A stretch of DNA of 64,000 nucleotides, taken from the NCBI RefSeq assembly GCF_009914755.1, contig NC_060935.1; one strand, 5' to 3'. The notes under the pieces were generated by a model that saw only the letters and a list, made by a program, of their open reading frames with translations, was not told the origin of the DNA and made no database searches. Source of the DNA: the human T2T-CHM13v2.0 reference genome, Homo sapiens. Position 1 is the first letter of the stretch. Each line of letters starts with the position of its first letter. Both the position numbers and the translations under genes were made by a program. Positions 36,565 to 48,520 of the stretch are shown one piece after another.

Positions 36565-38429
36565 CACAGACCTGGATATAACAAAGTTGTGCTCATACCC
36601 TTGATAATATTTGAATGGGCTTTTAGAAACATGAAAATATTTGTTCAATTAACATCTACTCGGAAATATGCAAAGCATTGTGCAAAAACAATAATTTACC
36701 ATTTATTGAGCACTTAATGTATACCTAATCCTTTTTTTTCCTAGCATTATGCACTGACCTCAGCATGCCAGGATCCAATACCATTTTTCATATAATTTTT
36801 CATTTTAATTCTACCCCAAATTCTATGAGCTGGGTTTTATCACCCTCATTTTAGAGATGAAGTAACTCCCCAAATGTTAAGTTACAAAGGCCATATTAAA
36901 ACTAGGTGCATCTTACTCCAGATTTGGTGTTCTTAATAACTGAGTTTAACACCTCTCTATAGAAGATAATGAAGTATGTAAAGCCCAGTTCTTGCCTTCA
37001 AGACTCTGACCATGTCTTGAAAAAGACACTAGAACACACATAACTAAGCAAAAGCATGTGATAAGATCCAGAAAAGGCAAAAACAAAATGTTATGCCACT
37101 CTGATGGAGGACATTCAACCTATCACTTATATTTCAGTTCATTGCTGAGCTGCACAATACCCAGTCCAGAAGACAAACCAATCTGTCTTTTCTTGGAATT
37201 TGAGCTTGACAGTAAAAATCAATCTCGATTGGTTAAGAGTTTTTTCCAAAATTGCTAACTTGTTGGGATTCCCCTAGATGGCCCCTGTCCTCTATCGTTG
37301 TTCTTTCCAGTGTTATTTTCAGCTTTCCTCATCGTGAGCCTGAAGGCCTTGTAGCTTGATTCTCCTTCTTCCCACGGGATATTTGCTTTCTCGTTTTGCT
37401 TGCTTTGTTCTTTTCATAACTCCCCTCTCTCGTGACAAAAGTCATCCCTTCTGTGTTCTAGCCTCTCAGAGCCTTGCTTGAGCTCAGTGACAGCTAGTTA
37501 TCATTCTTGGAGCCCCATAAATTTGAATCAATATTTAAAAATCATCTAATCCTGTGGTTCATAAACCTGGCTGTGCAAATGAATTAGATAACTATATGCT
37601 TATTAAAAGTACAGATCCTGCTGCCCCAAGCCAGGCATCATAAATTAGAATCTCCAGGGGTGGGATTTTATAACTTATATTTCTCACCCTATTGATCTGG
37701 ATATTTAGACAGGTTTCACCCTATTGATCTGGATGTTTAGGCAGGTTTGGGATTCAATGCCCTAATACTCTATCTACCCTACGTTTTCTAGACAGGAAAA
37801 TTGAAGTCCACCAGTCAGAGTTGGTTGGTGGTGAAGTCCAGAATAAAACTTGGGTCTCCAGTCTTTCCAGTTACATTGTCTGGAGGAAGTTCACCTGGCC
37901 TTTAGTTCGGCTGGAATGTAGAGTACAGGGAGGGATATAGTTGTGCATCAACCCTGGAATAGCATCCCAGGTTCCTGCTGTGGAGAGACTTGAACGTCAT
38001 GACAGGAATTACGTATGCAATGTGAATCCATGGAATATATTGAATATGAGAGTGACATGGTCAGAGTTGTGGGGAGGGAGGCCAATTAGTCTATTGGGCT
38101 ACTGGGTGTTGATGACTTGATGCCATGTTCCCCCCAAATGCTATGTTTAATGTGTAATTCAGACACGATGCCATAGCTCAAAGCACCAGCAATAAGATAA
38201 AGGATGAATTTTCAAAACAAGTAGCAGGTAAATGGAGCAAAAGGCCTTTCTAAGCTTTTTAGCACATGACAAGTCACATAACGCTGGCCCTGTCTTCTAG
38301 CTGTGTTGTTCTCTGCCTACTATCCTGAATATTTTCACCAGGTCTGAGTTCAGGTCCCATCACCAAGCTCTCTGTGTTGCACATGTTTTATGCCTCATTT
38401 TATATTACTCAGCCTATCTTTTGGGCTTC

Positions 38430-38865
38430 TGCTGTTGCTGTGGCAGTGAGCTGCATCCAGCTATAGCCCAATAACAATGTTTCTTGACTACACTACGTAT
38501 CCCCTCCTTTCAGCCCTAGGACACCTCTGCCACCACAAAGTGGTACATCTGAGAATCCATTCAGCCATTATGGTGCACGTGCTGATCTGTAAGCGTGAAG
38601 GAATTAACACCCCTGGGAGTCAGTGGGTAAATGTCTCCCTTTTGTGTATCTCCAGTGGTTCATTCTTCTTAGTACATCAAAAGATCTCAGAGGAACTAAT
38701 CCTAAATTCCCCATTAAGGTAACATATAACAGAACCTTTTATTGGTTTTCTATACTTCCCTGTTTTTCTCTCTCTCTTTTCCCTGGGATGACTTCTAAAA
38801 ATAAGCTATCTGCATGTATGGCCTTGTCCCCAGCACAGCTTTTTATGGAAATCCCAGCTAAGGTA
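38430..38865 (+). mobile_element. LTR16-family ERVL LTR
   Basis: TGTGGCAGTGAG...CACCCCTGGGAG...TTATTGGTTTTCT...TTCCCTGGGATGACTTCTAAAAATAAGCTATCTGCA...CCCAGCTAAG. Confidence 0.6.
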
Positions 38866-40429
38866 CTCCTAAAACAGTATTCGGATCAGGTTTCAACAAA
38901 ATGTTCCTTACTCCACCTGGGAGGAAGCATCCTCACCCAAGTCTCTTTGATTCCAGGACAAGAAACTAAATATGCATCAGTAAATTCATCAAGGACCTGA
39001 AATTATTCAGTACCATGTTTCAGAGAATTTTTATGTCTTGAGCATGACCTATCAAAACACCTAAATGCCAGAAGGAGTAATCTCAAATAATTATCGGCTC
39101 ACACCTTAATAGGGATTAGCCACGACAAATCCTACAGTACTTTGTTCTTAGATCTCTTGCAGCTCTACTCACAATGTATTACTGTCCTGTCCCTCCATGA
39201 ACTATAATGATGCTAGCAACATTGTAGTTTTATTCACTTTTATATCTTTGAATCATATAGCTCACAAAATGTTCATTAATCTCTAATTCTCAATCTCCTC
39301 ATCTATAAAATGGGGATGATGGCGATAATTCACAGTGTCGTTGTTGTGAGAGTTAAATTAAATCATGAAAGTGGAAGAGCCGAGAAGAGTGGTTGACAAA
39401 AGAAAGAGCCCTGATAAATGCTGTAGAAAATAGACATAAAACAAATATGAAATGCATATATCCTAGGGATGGCATGAGGGAAGGAAAAATCTTGCTTAAA
39501 GCTGAATGAGCCTGAAAGAGACAAGAGAGGGTCTGCCATAGGGCAGAGGAGACAGCTGACAAGAGTGAGAAGAGCCTGGGAACAATACACTCTTCAAACT
39601 TTAAGGCCTGTCTCTCCAACATAACCCAATCCACAGACAACATCAGGCCCTTGAGTATATTACCCTGTCCCTACTTCCTGTCCTACCACCAATGCCTATT
39701 TTTCAAATATCCACATTCTATCACACCACAAAAGCCAAATTCCAAAATCAGGTAAGGGTTTCTTTACAGCCTCCCATTTTCTCTTCCTATACCCATCTCT
39801 AGTCTCCTAGTCTCAGCAAAAATTCCTCTTCCCCAACATTCACAATCTTAGTGCTACTTTCCTTCAATTCTCTGTCAAAACTAAGTTTTCAAGAAGAATC
39901 TCACAAATTCATCAGCACACAGTCTACTACAACTTGCTGGGGACAATCCACATTCTTCACCCTCTTCCAGGCATTTCTTAAAATGAAGACAAAGTCTTTA
40001 GCAAAAAAAAAATAGATCTCTAGTTATGAAATTTCAAACAGCACTCAGTTAATGAGAGGTACATTTTGGTCAGGATAAGGCAGCTGAAGTGGTGGCTTCA
40101 CAATTAGAGCCCCATTGGCAGCTGTCTGACCTCCATGCAGCAAGCTAATTACCACCCTTCTTCCAGTCCTGTGTGTGTAGTGGGTGTGTGTGCGCACACA
40201 CGTGTGTGTGTTTTGTGTATAAGTGCTGGGTAACATTTGAACATACCTCAGAGCTTGCTCCTCTGCCACATGTGGAATGTATTTTAGTCACTGCTCAGAA
40301 ACAAGATGCCTCAAGTGTAACTCTTATACCTAGAAATCTGCCACTCCCTCAGTGATTATGAGAAACCTCAATCCTTGCTCTCATTCCCACTGTAGTCAAC
40401 TCACAATTTAAGAAAATAAGTCATTATTA

Positions 40430-40525
40430 CAAGCATGAAATGAGTCCCACAGGAAAGGTGCTCCTTAGGGCACAGAAAGCAAGACTCCGGCTTCATTAAA
40501 AGTTGACTTTTCTCTGGGAGCCTTA
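40430..40525 (-). promoter_or_regulatory. Candidate distal OR promoter/enhancer with extended homeodomain motif and O/E-like sites
   Basis: TCATTAAAAGTT at 40493-40504 (minus: AACTTTTAATGA), flanked by O/E-like GTCCCACAGGA, CTCCTTAGGG and TTCTCTGGGAG, in apparently non-repetitive DNA. Confidence 0.5.
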
Positions 40526-42288
40526 GAGGATTCCTGTTTGGATGGTAGAACAACCAAGAAAAGTTCTTCTGGATGTATGTCATTTTAAAGCCTGTTGCCA
40601 TGGAAACTACTCTTCAAAATCCTCTCAACTGGGGCTTTACTAAAGTCTTGTTGCCTGAGGAGCAGATGAAGCCCAAGCAGGAAGCAGTGTAGGAAGAACT
40701 ATTCTTAACTCTGTTCCTTTTGTTGCAGAACTGCCCTCCTTCCAAAACTTGGATTTCTGTATAGTGCTTCTTTGTTTTATTTATTTCTATTTTTTCCTAA
40801 CTTTTCAAAATTACATTCTAATTTGTGTGATTTCATATGTGACACATGAATATGAGTCAATACAATGTTTCTCACACACACACATTAACCCTCAGACTTC
40901 TGGTGGCACAAGGTTGGACCCAACTGCAGCAACCATCACAGCATACCAAGAAGACCAAGTACAAGTTTCATAAGAAATTACAGAACCTGATCAGAGAAAA
41001 AAGATGGCAACTGAAAGGTCTTCATTTGAAATGGCCTTCATTCACTCCTGAGAAAGCAATATCAGCAGTAATCTGTTTCTGCATTATACTTAATCTGACT
41101 TTACTTTTATTATTTTCAACTCATTGATATACAAACCTATGCATAAATTATATATGTATTTAATATAGAATTCTAGAGTTAGATGGGACCTTGGAGGTCT
41201 ATGTTGGGGAATAATTACCATGTATAAACACATATGTATCAACCACTGTGCAGAAAGTTTTATATACATTATGTCATTTGTAGAAAATGAGTAATCTGCA
41301 CAAAGTGCAAAGCTGACATTTTAAAAAACATCATCCAATCATATTTTAGTATCATTAGTATTAAGAATACTAATACTAGTACTAATATGTTATACTTTGT
41401 AAGTGCTGACCATGTGCTAGGAACTATCCTAAATGCTTTACACATATTAATGCCATTAGTTTTCACGAGTTATATTAAATGGTTACTTTTATTATCCTAC
41501 TCTGCACAAGAACATTTCCTTGAATTAAAAAAATCAAACCTGTTTATCTGTTAGTTGGGACAACCTTGTCTCTTTAGGCCTCAAGTATTTGTAGTGATAG
41601 AGGATTAATAAATTTGCTAGATTAATGGTTATAAAGGAAGAATCGAGAGGGAAGACCAAGTGTCAAAGGTTACTAAAGTCTCAACCCCAGGGCCTAGAAA
41701 TAAGGAAGTAAAGAGATAAATAAAGAGGTAGAATTTAGACCTGACTTTCATGTGCTGAAAGTACATGTAAGAGCAAATGGTCAGTAGTGAGTCATCAGCA
41801 TGAGATCAGAGCTGAGAAAAAGATATCAAGACACATATTGAGAAGTCATGTAAATAAAAGTGATTGCAGAAACTACAAGTTAAGGGTAAAGGGTGGAACC
41901 ATATAATTATCCATGATCAATAAAAGGGAAGGAGAAAACTGTTAGTAAATTTGTCAGAGAAGGCAAATATGGTACCCTGAGCAGGCTTTGTAGCAAAATG
42001 ACCTGGGATCTCCTTAGGTCTCCCACTAGCCAAGCGAGCTTACGCTATTTGGACTTCAGTAACTACATCTGAAATCAGATATGTTAGCACCTAGCATACA
42101 AGATTGTATGAGGATCAACTATCATAGTGTTCAATAAGTAGCTTCGAATTAACAAAGTGTTATAGACTTACTGAAGTATTATTACTACACATCTTTTTTA
42201 TCCACTTAGTCTAATTTATCCTGCTTTAGGAGTTACTTACCCCAGCCACAATTATGTTATAAGCTACTAAAGTCAAGATCATATGTTT

Positions 42289-42587
<299 letters not shown>

Positions 42588-42609
42588 TCATATCTAGTTT
42601 AAAAATCTA

Positions 42610-45600
42610 GTCAGAGCAAGATGGCTGATTAGAGATACCTGACTGTCATCTCTCCCACAAGAAAAGACCAAGACAATGAATAAACAGCCAAGACTAGACT
42701 GGAGTGTCAATGTGAGAGCACCAGAATGCAGCAAGGGAGTGGAGATGCATCTGTGATGATGGAAAATCCAAGAAGGCAGACTCTGCATCCATGTCTCCCC
42801 AGTCCAGATCAGACTGGCCCAGAAACAGGAGGGACTTCTCATTACAGGGAAAATACATACTCCCAGGCCAGCAAAGCAGCTGTGTACCTATGTGCTGGAC
42901 CTGAGAAAGAGCCCTGGGAACCAACCATAGGCCAGCCAAGCAGACTTGTGCCCACATCACAGGCCTAACAAACAGTCTCATGAGCTGCCCCTAGTAGACA
43001 CACTCCCAGGCTGAATGAGCAGCTGTACACCCATGTCTTGAGCTGGAGGAAGAGCCCTGTGGGCCACCCCCAGCAAACACACACACCACAGCTGAGAAGC
43101 CACGTGACTGTGTCTGGGGCCTGAGAAACACCCCTGTGGGCTACCTCTGGCAGACATGTCACCAAGCTGGCCAAGCAACCACATTCCCATGCAGCCAAGA
43201 GTAACAGCCCCATGGCCTCAACTGCAGCAAGGTAGACCCTGAGTTAGTTGGCCCACCAAGTGCATGCACATGTCCCTAACCTGAGAAACAGCCCAGCAAG
43301 CCCACCCCTGGCAAAGCTGTACCACCACTGCCATAAACTCTCTCAGTCTAGGCTACCAAGAAACTCACAAATGCCACTAGTGTGGATTACAGCTGAAGAA
43401 ACTACACAGAAACCACACTATTGGGCTTACCTAGAACCAAGGCCAACACATTCCACTGAACCAACACCCCAAGACTCATTTATAAGAAACTATACAGAGA
43501 CTACACTATTGGGTTTACCTAGAACCAAGGTCAACACATTCCACTGAACTGTCACCCCAAGACTCATTTAAACAAATAAGACTTTTCCTAAGAAACCTAC
43601 TACATAAAATTGGAAAAGGTGACTTTTCCACCAGATAAGTAGAAATCAACACAGGGACATATCAGCAATAAAAAAGCAGGAAAACATGTCACCTCTAAAA
43701 GAAGATAAGAATTTGTTAGTAACAGACCCTAATCATAATGTATAAACTTCCAGAAAAAGAATTTAAAATAATTCTCCTAAGGAAACTCACCGAGATATAA
43801 GAGAATACATCTAGACAATTCAACAAATCTGTGAAAATGATTCATGATTTAAATTAGAAATTCAACAGTGAGACAGATATTATAAAAGAACCAAACAGAA
43901 AACCTAGAGCTGAAAAATTCATAAATAAAATAAAAAAAACACAATTAAGACCTTCAGTCACAGACTAGACCAAACAGAAAAAAGAATCTCTGAACTTGAA
44001 GACAAGTATTTTGAAAAAACACAGGCAGACAAAAAAAAAAGAATCAAAGGATTTATGTAACATCATTAACCAAACAAATGTCCATGTTATGGGTATTTCA
44101 GAAGGAGAAGAAAGGTAAAAATATGAGGAAGTCATATTTGATAAAATAATATCAGAAAATCTCCCCAGTCTTGGCAGATAAATGGACATCCAGTTTCAGA
44201 AATCTTAAAGGACCCCAGATATATTTAACCCAAACAGATCCTCTCTCAAGTACATTATAGTCAAATTGTCAAAAGTCAAAGATGAAGAAAGAATTTTAAA
44301 AGCAGCAAGATAAAAGTATCAAGTTACATATAAGAAAATATCCGTAGGCCTAACAGTGAATTTCTCAGCAGAAACTTTGTGAGCCAACAGAGAATGGGAT
44401 AATATATACAAAGTACTGAAAGAAATAAAACTGGCACCCAATAATATTATACCAGCAAAGCTATCCTTCAGAAATGAAGGAGAAATAAAATATTTCACAG
44501 ACAAGCAAAAACTAAGGGAATCTATCACCACTAGACCAGCCTTACAAGAAATGCTCTAGGGAATCTTACATCTGTAAGTGAAAAGATGATAACCACCATC
44601 ATAAAAACAGGCAAAACTATACAGCTGGTACACAAACGAAGGAATCAAACCTTATCATTACAGAAAATCACTCAACTGCAAAAATAAATAAGAGAGGAAG
44701 TAAAGAACAAACATTATATTAAATAATGGAAAACAATTAATAAAATGACCATAATAAGTCCTTATCTATCAACAATAACCTTGAATGTAAATGGATTAAA
44801 TTCCCCCATTTAAAAGATAAAGACTGACTGAACAATATTTTTTTTAAAAGAAGACCCAACTATATGATGCCTATAAGAAACTCATCTTGCCCATAAAGAC
44901 ATACATAGATGGAAAGTAAAGGGATTGAAAAGAATAGTCCATGCTAACAAAATACAAAAGCAGACAGGTGTAGCTATACTTAGATAAAACAGACTTCAAG
45001 TTAAGAGATAAAAAGGAAACAATGAAAGCCATTCAGTAATAATAAAGGGATCAATTCAACAAGAGAATATAATAATTGTAAAAATATATGCACCCAACAC
45101 CTGAGCATTCAGATATATAAAGCAAATATTATTAGATCTAAAGAGAAAGAAAGACTCCAATTAAATAATAGCTGGACACTTCAACACCATACTCTCAGCA
45201 TTGGGCAGATCATCTAGACAGAAAATCAACCAAAAAAAGTCAGATTTTAATAGCACATTAAACTAAAAGGACCTAATGCATTTACAAAATATTTCACTCA
45301 ACAGCTAGAGAATACACATTTATTTCATCAGCACGTGGAACATTTTCTAGGATTAACCATATGTTAGGACACAAAACAAGTTTCAACAATTATAAAAAAT
45401 TAAAATAATATTAAGTACCTTCTCAGATTACAATGGAATAAAACTAGACATTAATAACAAAAGGAACATTCGAAACTGTATAAATAACTATAAATTAAAC
45501 AACATGCTCCTGAATGATCAATGGGCAAAGGAAGAAATTAAGAAGAAATTTTATAATTTTTTGAAACAAATGAAAATAGAAACACAACATACCAAAACCT

Positions 45601-48520
45601 ATGGGACACAGCAAAAGCAGTATTAAGAGACAAGTGTATAGCAATAAATGCTTACATTAAAAAACTACAACAATTTTTAAATAAACAACCTAATAATTCC
45701 CCAAAAAGAACTAGAAAGGCAAGAACAAACCAAATCTAAAATTAGTAGAAGAAAATAAAGATTAGAACAGAAATAAATACAATTGAGACTAAAATATTAA
45801 AAAATCAACAAACAGCTGTTTTTTTAAAAAAAACAAAATTGACATACTATTAGCTCTACTAATAAAAAAGAAGCAACTCCAAAATAAATAAAATTAGAAA
45901 TTAAAGAGATGTCACAACAAATACCGCAGAAATATAAAGGCTCATTAGAGACTATAGTGCAAAGTACACACCAATAAATTTGAAGACCTAGAGGAAATGC
46001 AAAAATTCCTGGACACATATAACCTACAAAGATTGAACTAGGAGGAAACAGAAAACCTAAACAGACCAATGACAAGTTGTCACAGGAATGCAAGAATGGT
46101 TTAATATACACAAATCAATAAACATCATACATCACATCAACAGAATGAAGGACAAAAACCACATAATCATCTCAATACATGTAGAAAAAAGCTATTGATA
46201 ACATTCAACGTTCCTGCATGATAAAAACTCTTAATAAATTGGATATAGAAGGAAAGTATCTCAACATAATAGAGGCCGTATATCCCAAACCCACAGCTAA
46301 CATCTTACTGAACAGGGAAAATTTTAAAGTTTTTTCTCAATAACTAGAACAAGACAATGATGCCCAACTCTCACCACTCTCATTCAACATTGTACTGGAA
46401 GTCCTAGCCAGAGCAATAATGGAAGAAAAAGAAATAAAGGACATCCACATTGCAAAGGAAGAAGTCAAATTGTCCTTTTTTGTAGATGACATATGTATAT
46501 ATAGAAAAGACTCTACTAAAATAACTCTTCTAACTTATAAACAAATTCAGTAATGTTACAGGGTACAAAATTAATCAATAAAACTCAGCAGTGTTTTTAT
46601 ACACAATGAACTACCTGAAAAAGAAATCAAGAAAGCAATCCCATTTGCAATAGTGACAAAAAATTAAAATACCCAAAGATAAATTTAACCAATGAAATTA
46701 AAAACCTCTACAAGGAAAACTACTAAACCTTGATGAAAGAAATTCAAGAGGATACAAACAAAAAGAAAGACATCCCATGATCATGGATTAGAATAATTAA
46801 TTTTATTAAAATGACAATATTATCCAAAGCAATCTACAGATTCAATGCAATCCCTATCAAAATACCAATGACATTCCTCACAAAAAATAGAAAAAAAATC
46901 TAAAATTTTTATGAAATCACAAAAGACCCTGAATAGCCAAAACAATCCTGAGCAAAAAGAAAAAACTGGAAGAATGATGCTGCCAGACATCAAAATATGC
47001 TACAAAGTTGTAGTAACTAAAACAGCATGGGATTGGCATAAAAATAGACACATCGACCACTGGAGCAGAATAGAGAGTTCAGAAATTAATCCACATATCA
47101 ACAGCCAAATGATTTTTTGACAAAGACACCAAGAGCACTCGTTGGGGAAAGGACAGTCTGTTCAGTAAATGCTACTAGGAAAACTGGATATTCTTATGCA
47201 GAAGAATGAAACTAGACCCTCATCTCTCACTCTATACAAAAAAAAAAATCAACTCAAAATGGATCAAAGACCTAAATGTAAGACCCAAACAATTAAACTA
47301 GTATAAGAACCCATGGGGGAAATGCTTCAGGACATTGGTAAAGGAAATGATTTTATGAATAGGGCCTCCAATGCACAGGTAACAAAAACACAAACAAATG
47401 AGATTATATAAGTTACAAAGCTTCTGCACAGTGAAGGAAACAATCAACAGAGTGAAAAAATAACCTACAGAGTGGAAGAAAATATTTGCAAATTACTTAT
47501 ATGATAGACAATTTATGTCCAGAATATACAAGGAACTGAAGCATCTCAATAGTAAGAAAACAAGCAATCCAATTAAAAAATGAGCAAATGATCTGAACAG
47601 ACATTTCTCAAAAGAAGGCATACAAATGGCCAACAAATATAACAAAAAATGTTCAACATCACAAATCATCAGGAAAATGCAAATCCAAACCACAATGAGA
47701 TATCATCTCACCCCAGTGGATGGCTATTAACAAGAAGACAAAAAATAACAAATGCCGGCAAGGATGCAGGGGTGGGAATGCAAACTAGTAAAACCACTAA
47801 GGAGAACAGTATGGAAGTTCCTGGAAAAACTACAAATAGAATTACCAGATGATCTAGCAATTCTGCTACTGGGAATCTATCCAAAGGAAAGGAGATCATT
47901 ACATCAAAAAGACATCTGCACCCTCATGTTTATTGCAGCACTATTCACAATAGCCAAGATATGGAATCAACCTAGGTGTCCAACAACAGATGAATTGATA
48001 AAGAAAATGTGGTATATATACACAACGGAATACCATTCAGCCATAAAAAAGAATGAAATCATGTCATTCACAGCAACATGGATGGAACTGGATGACATTA
48101 TGCTAAGTGAAATAAACCAGGCACAGAATGTTAAACACCACATGTTCTCACTCATATGTGGAAGCTGAAAATAGTTGATCTCAAAGAAATAAAAAGTAGA
48201 ACAGAGGATACTGGAGGCTGGGAAAGGTAGGAGGAAGGGGGTGATAGGCAAGGATTTGTTAAATGATACAAAATTACAGCTAGCTAGAAAGAATAAGTTC
48301 TAGTATTCTATACCACTGTAAAATGACTATAGTTAACAATAATTATAATTTCAAATAGCTAAAAAGAGGATAGTAAATGTTCCCAACACAAAGAAATGAT
48401 AAATGTTTGAGATGATGGATATGCTATTTACCCTCATCTGAAATATGCATTAAAACGTCACTATGTGCTCCATGAATATGTAAATTATGTCAATTTTAAA
48501 AATGTAAGTTAAAAAAGAAA
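42610..48520 (+). mobile_element. Near full-length L1MA (L1MA1/2-like) LINE-1, inactivated
   Basis: 5' GAGCAAGATGGCTGA; GC-richer 5' UTR; ORF1 relic (~43680-44590); ORF2 relic from ~44745 (endonuclease ACCTTGAATGTAAATGGATTAAA, RT, C-terminal ICTLMFIAALFTIAKIWNQPRCP...MWYIYTTEY); L1MA-type 3' UTR and A tail. Many stops and frameshifts. Confidence 0.92.
43396..43571 (+). repeat. 88-bp tandem duplication within the L1 5' region
   Basis: Copies start at 43396 and 43484; about 9 mismatches in 88 by manual alignment. Confidence 0.9.

Noticed and set aside
47752-48168. 138-aa ORF with recognisable protein-like motifs
   Set aside because: C-terminal relic of L1 ORF2 in a dead element with many upstream stops.
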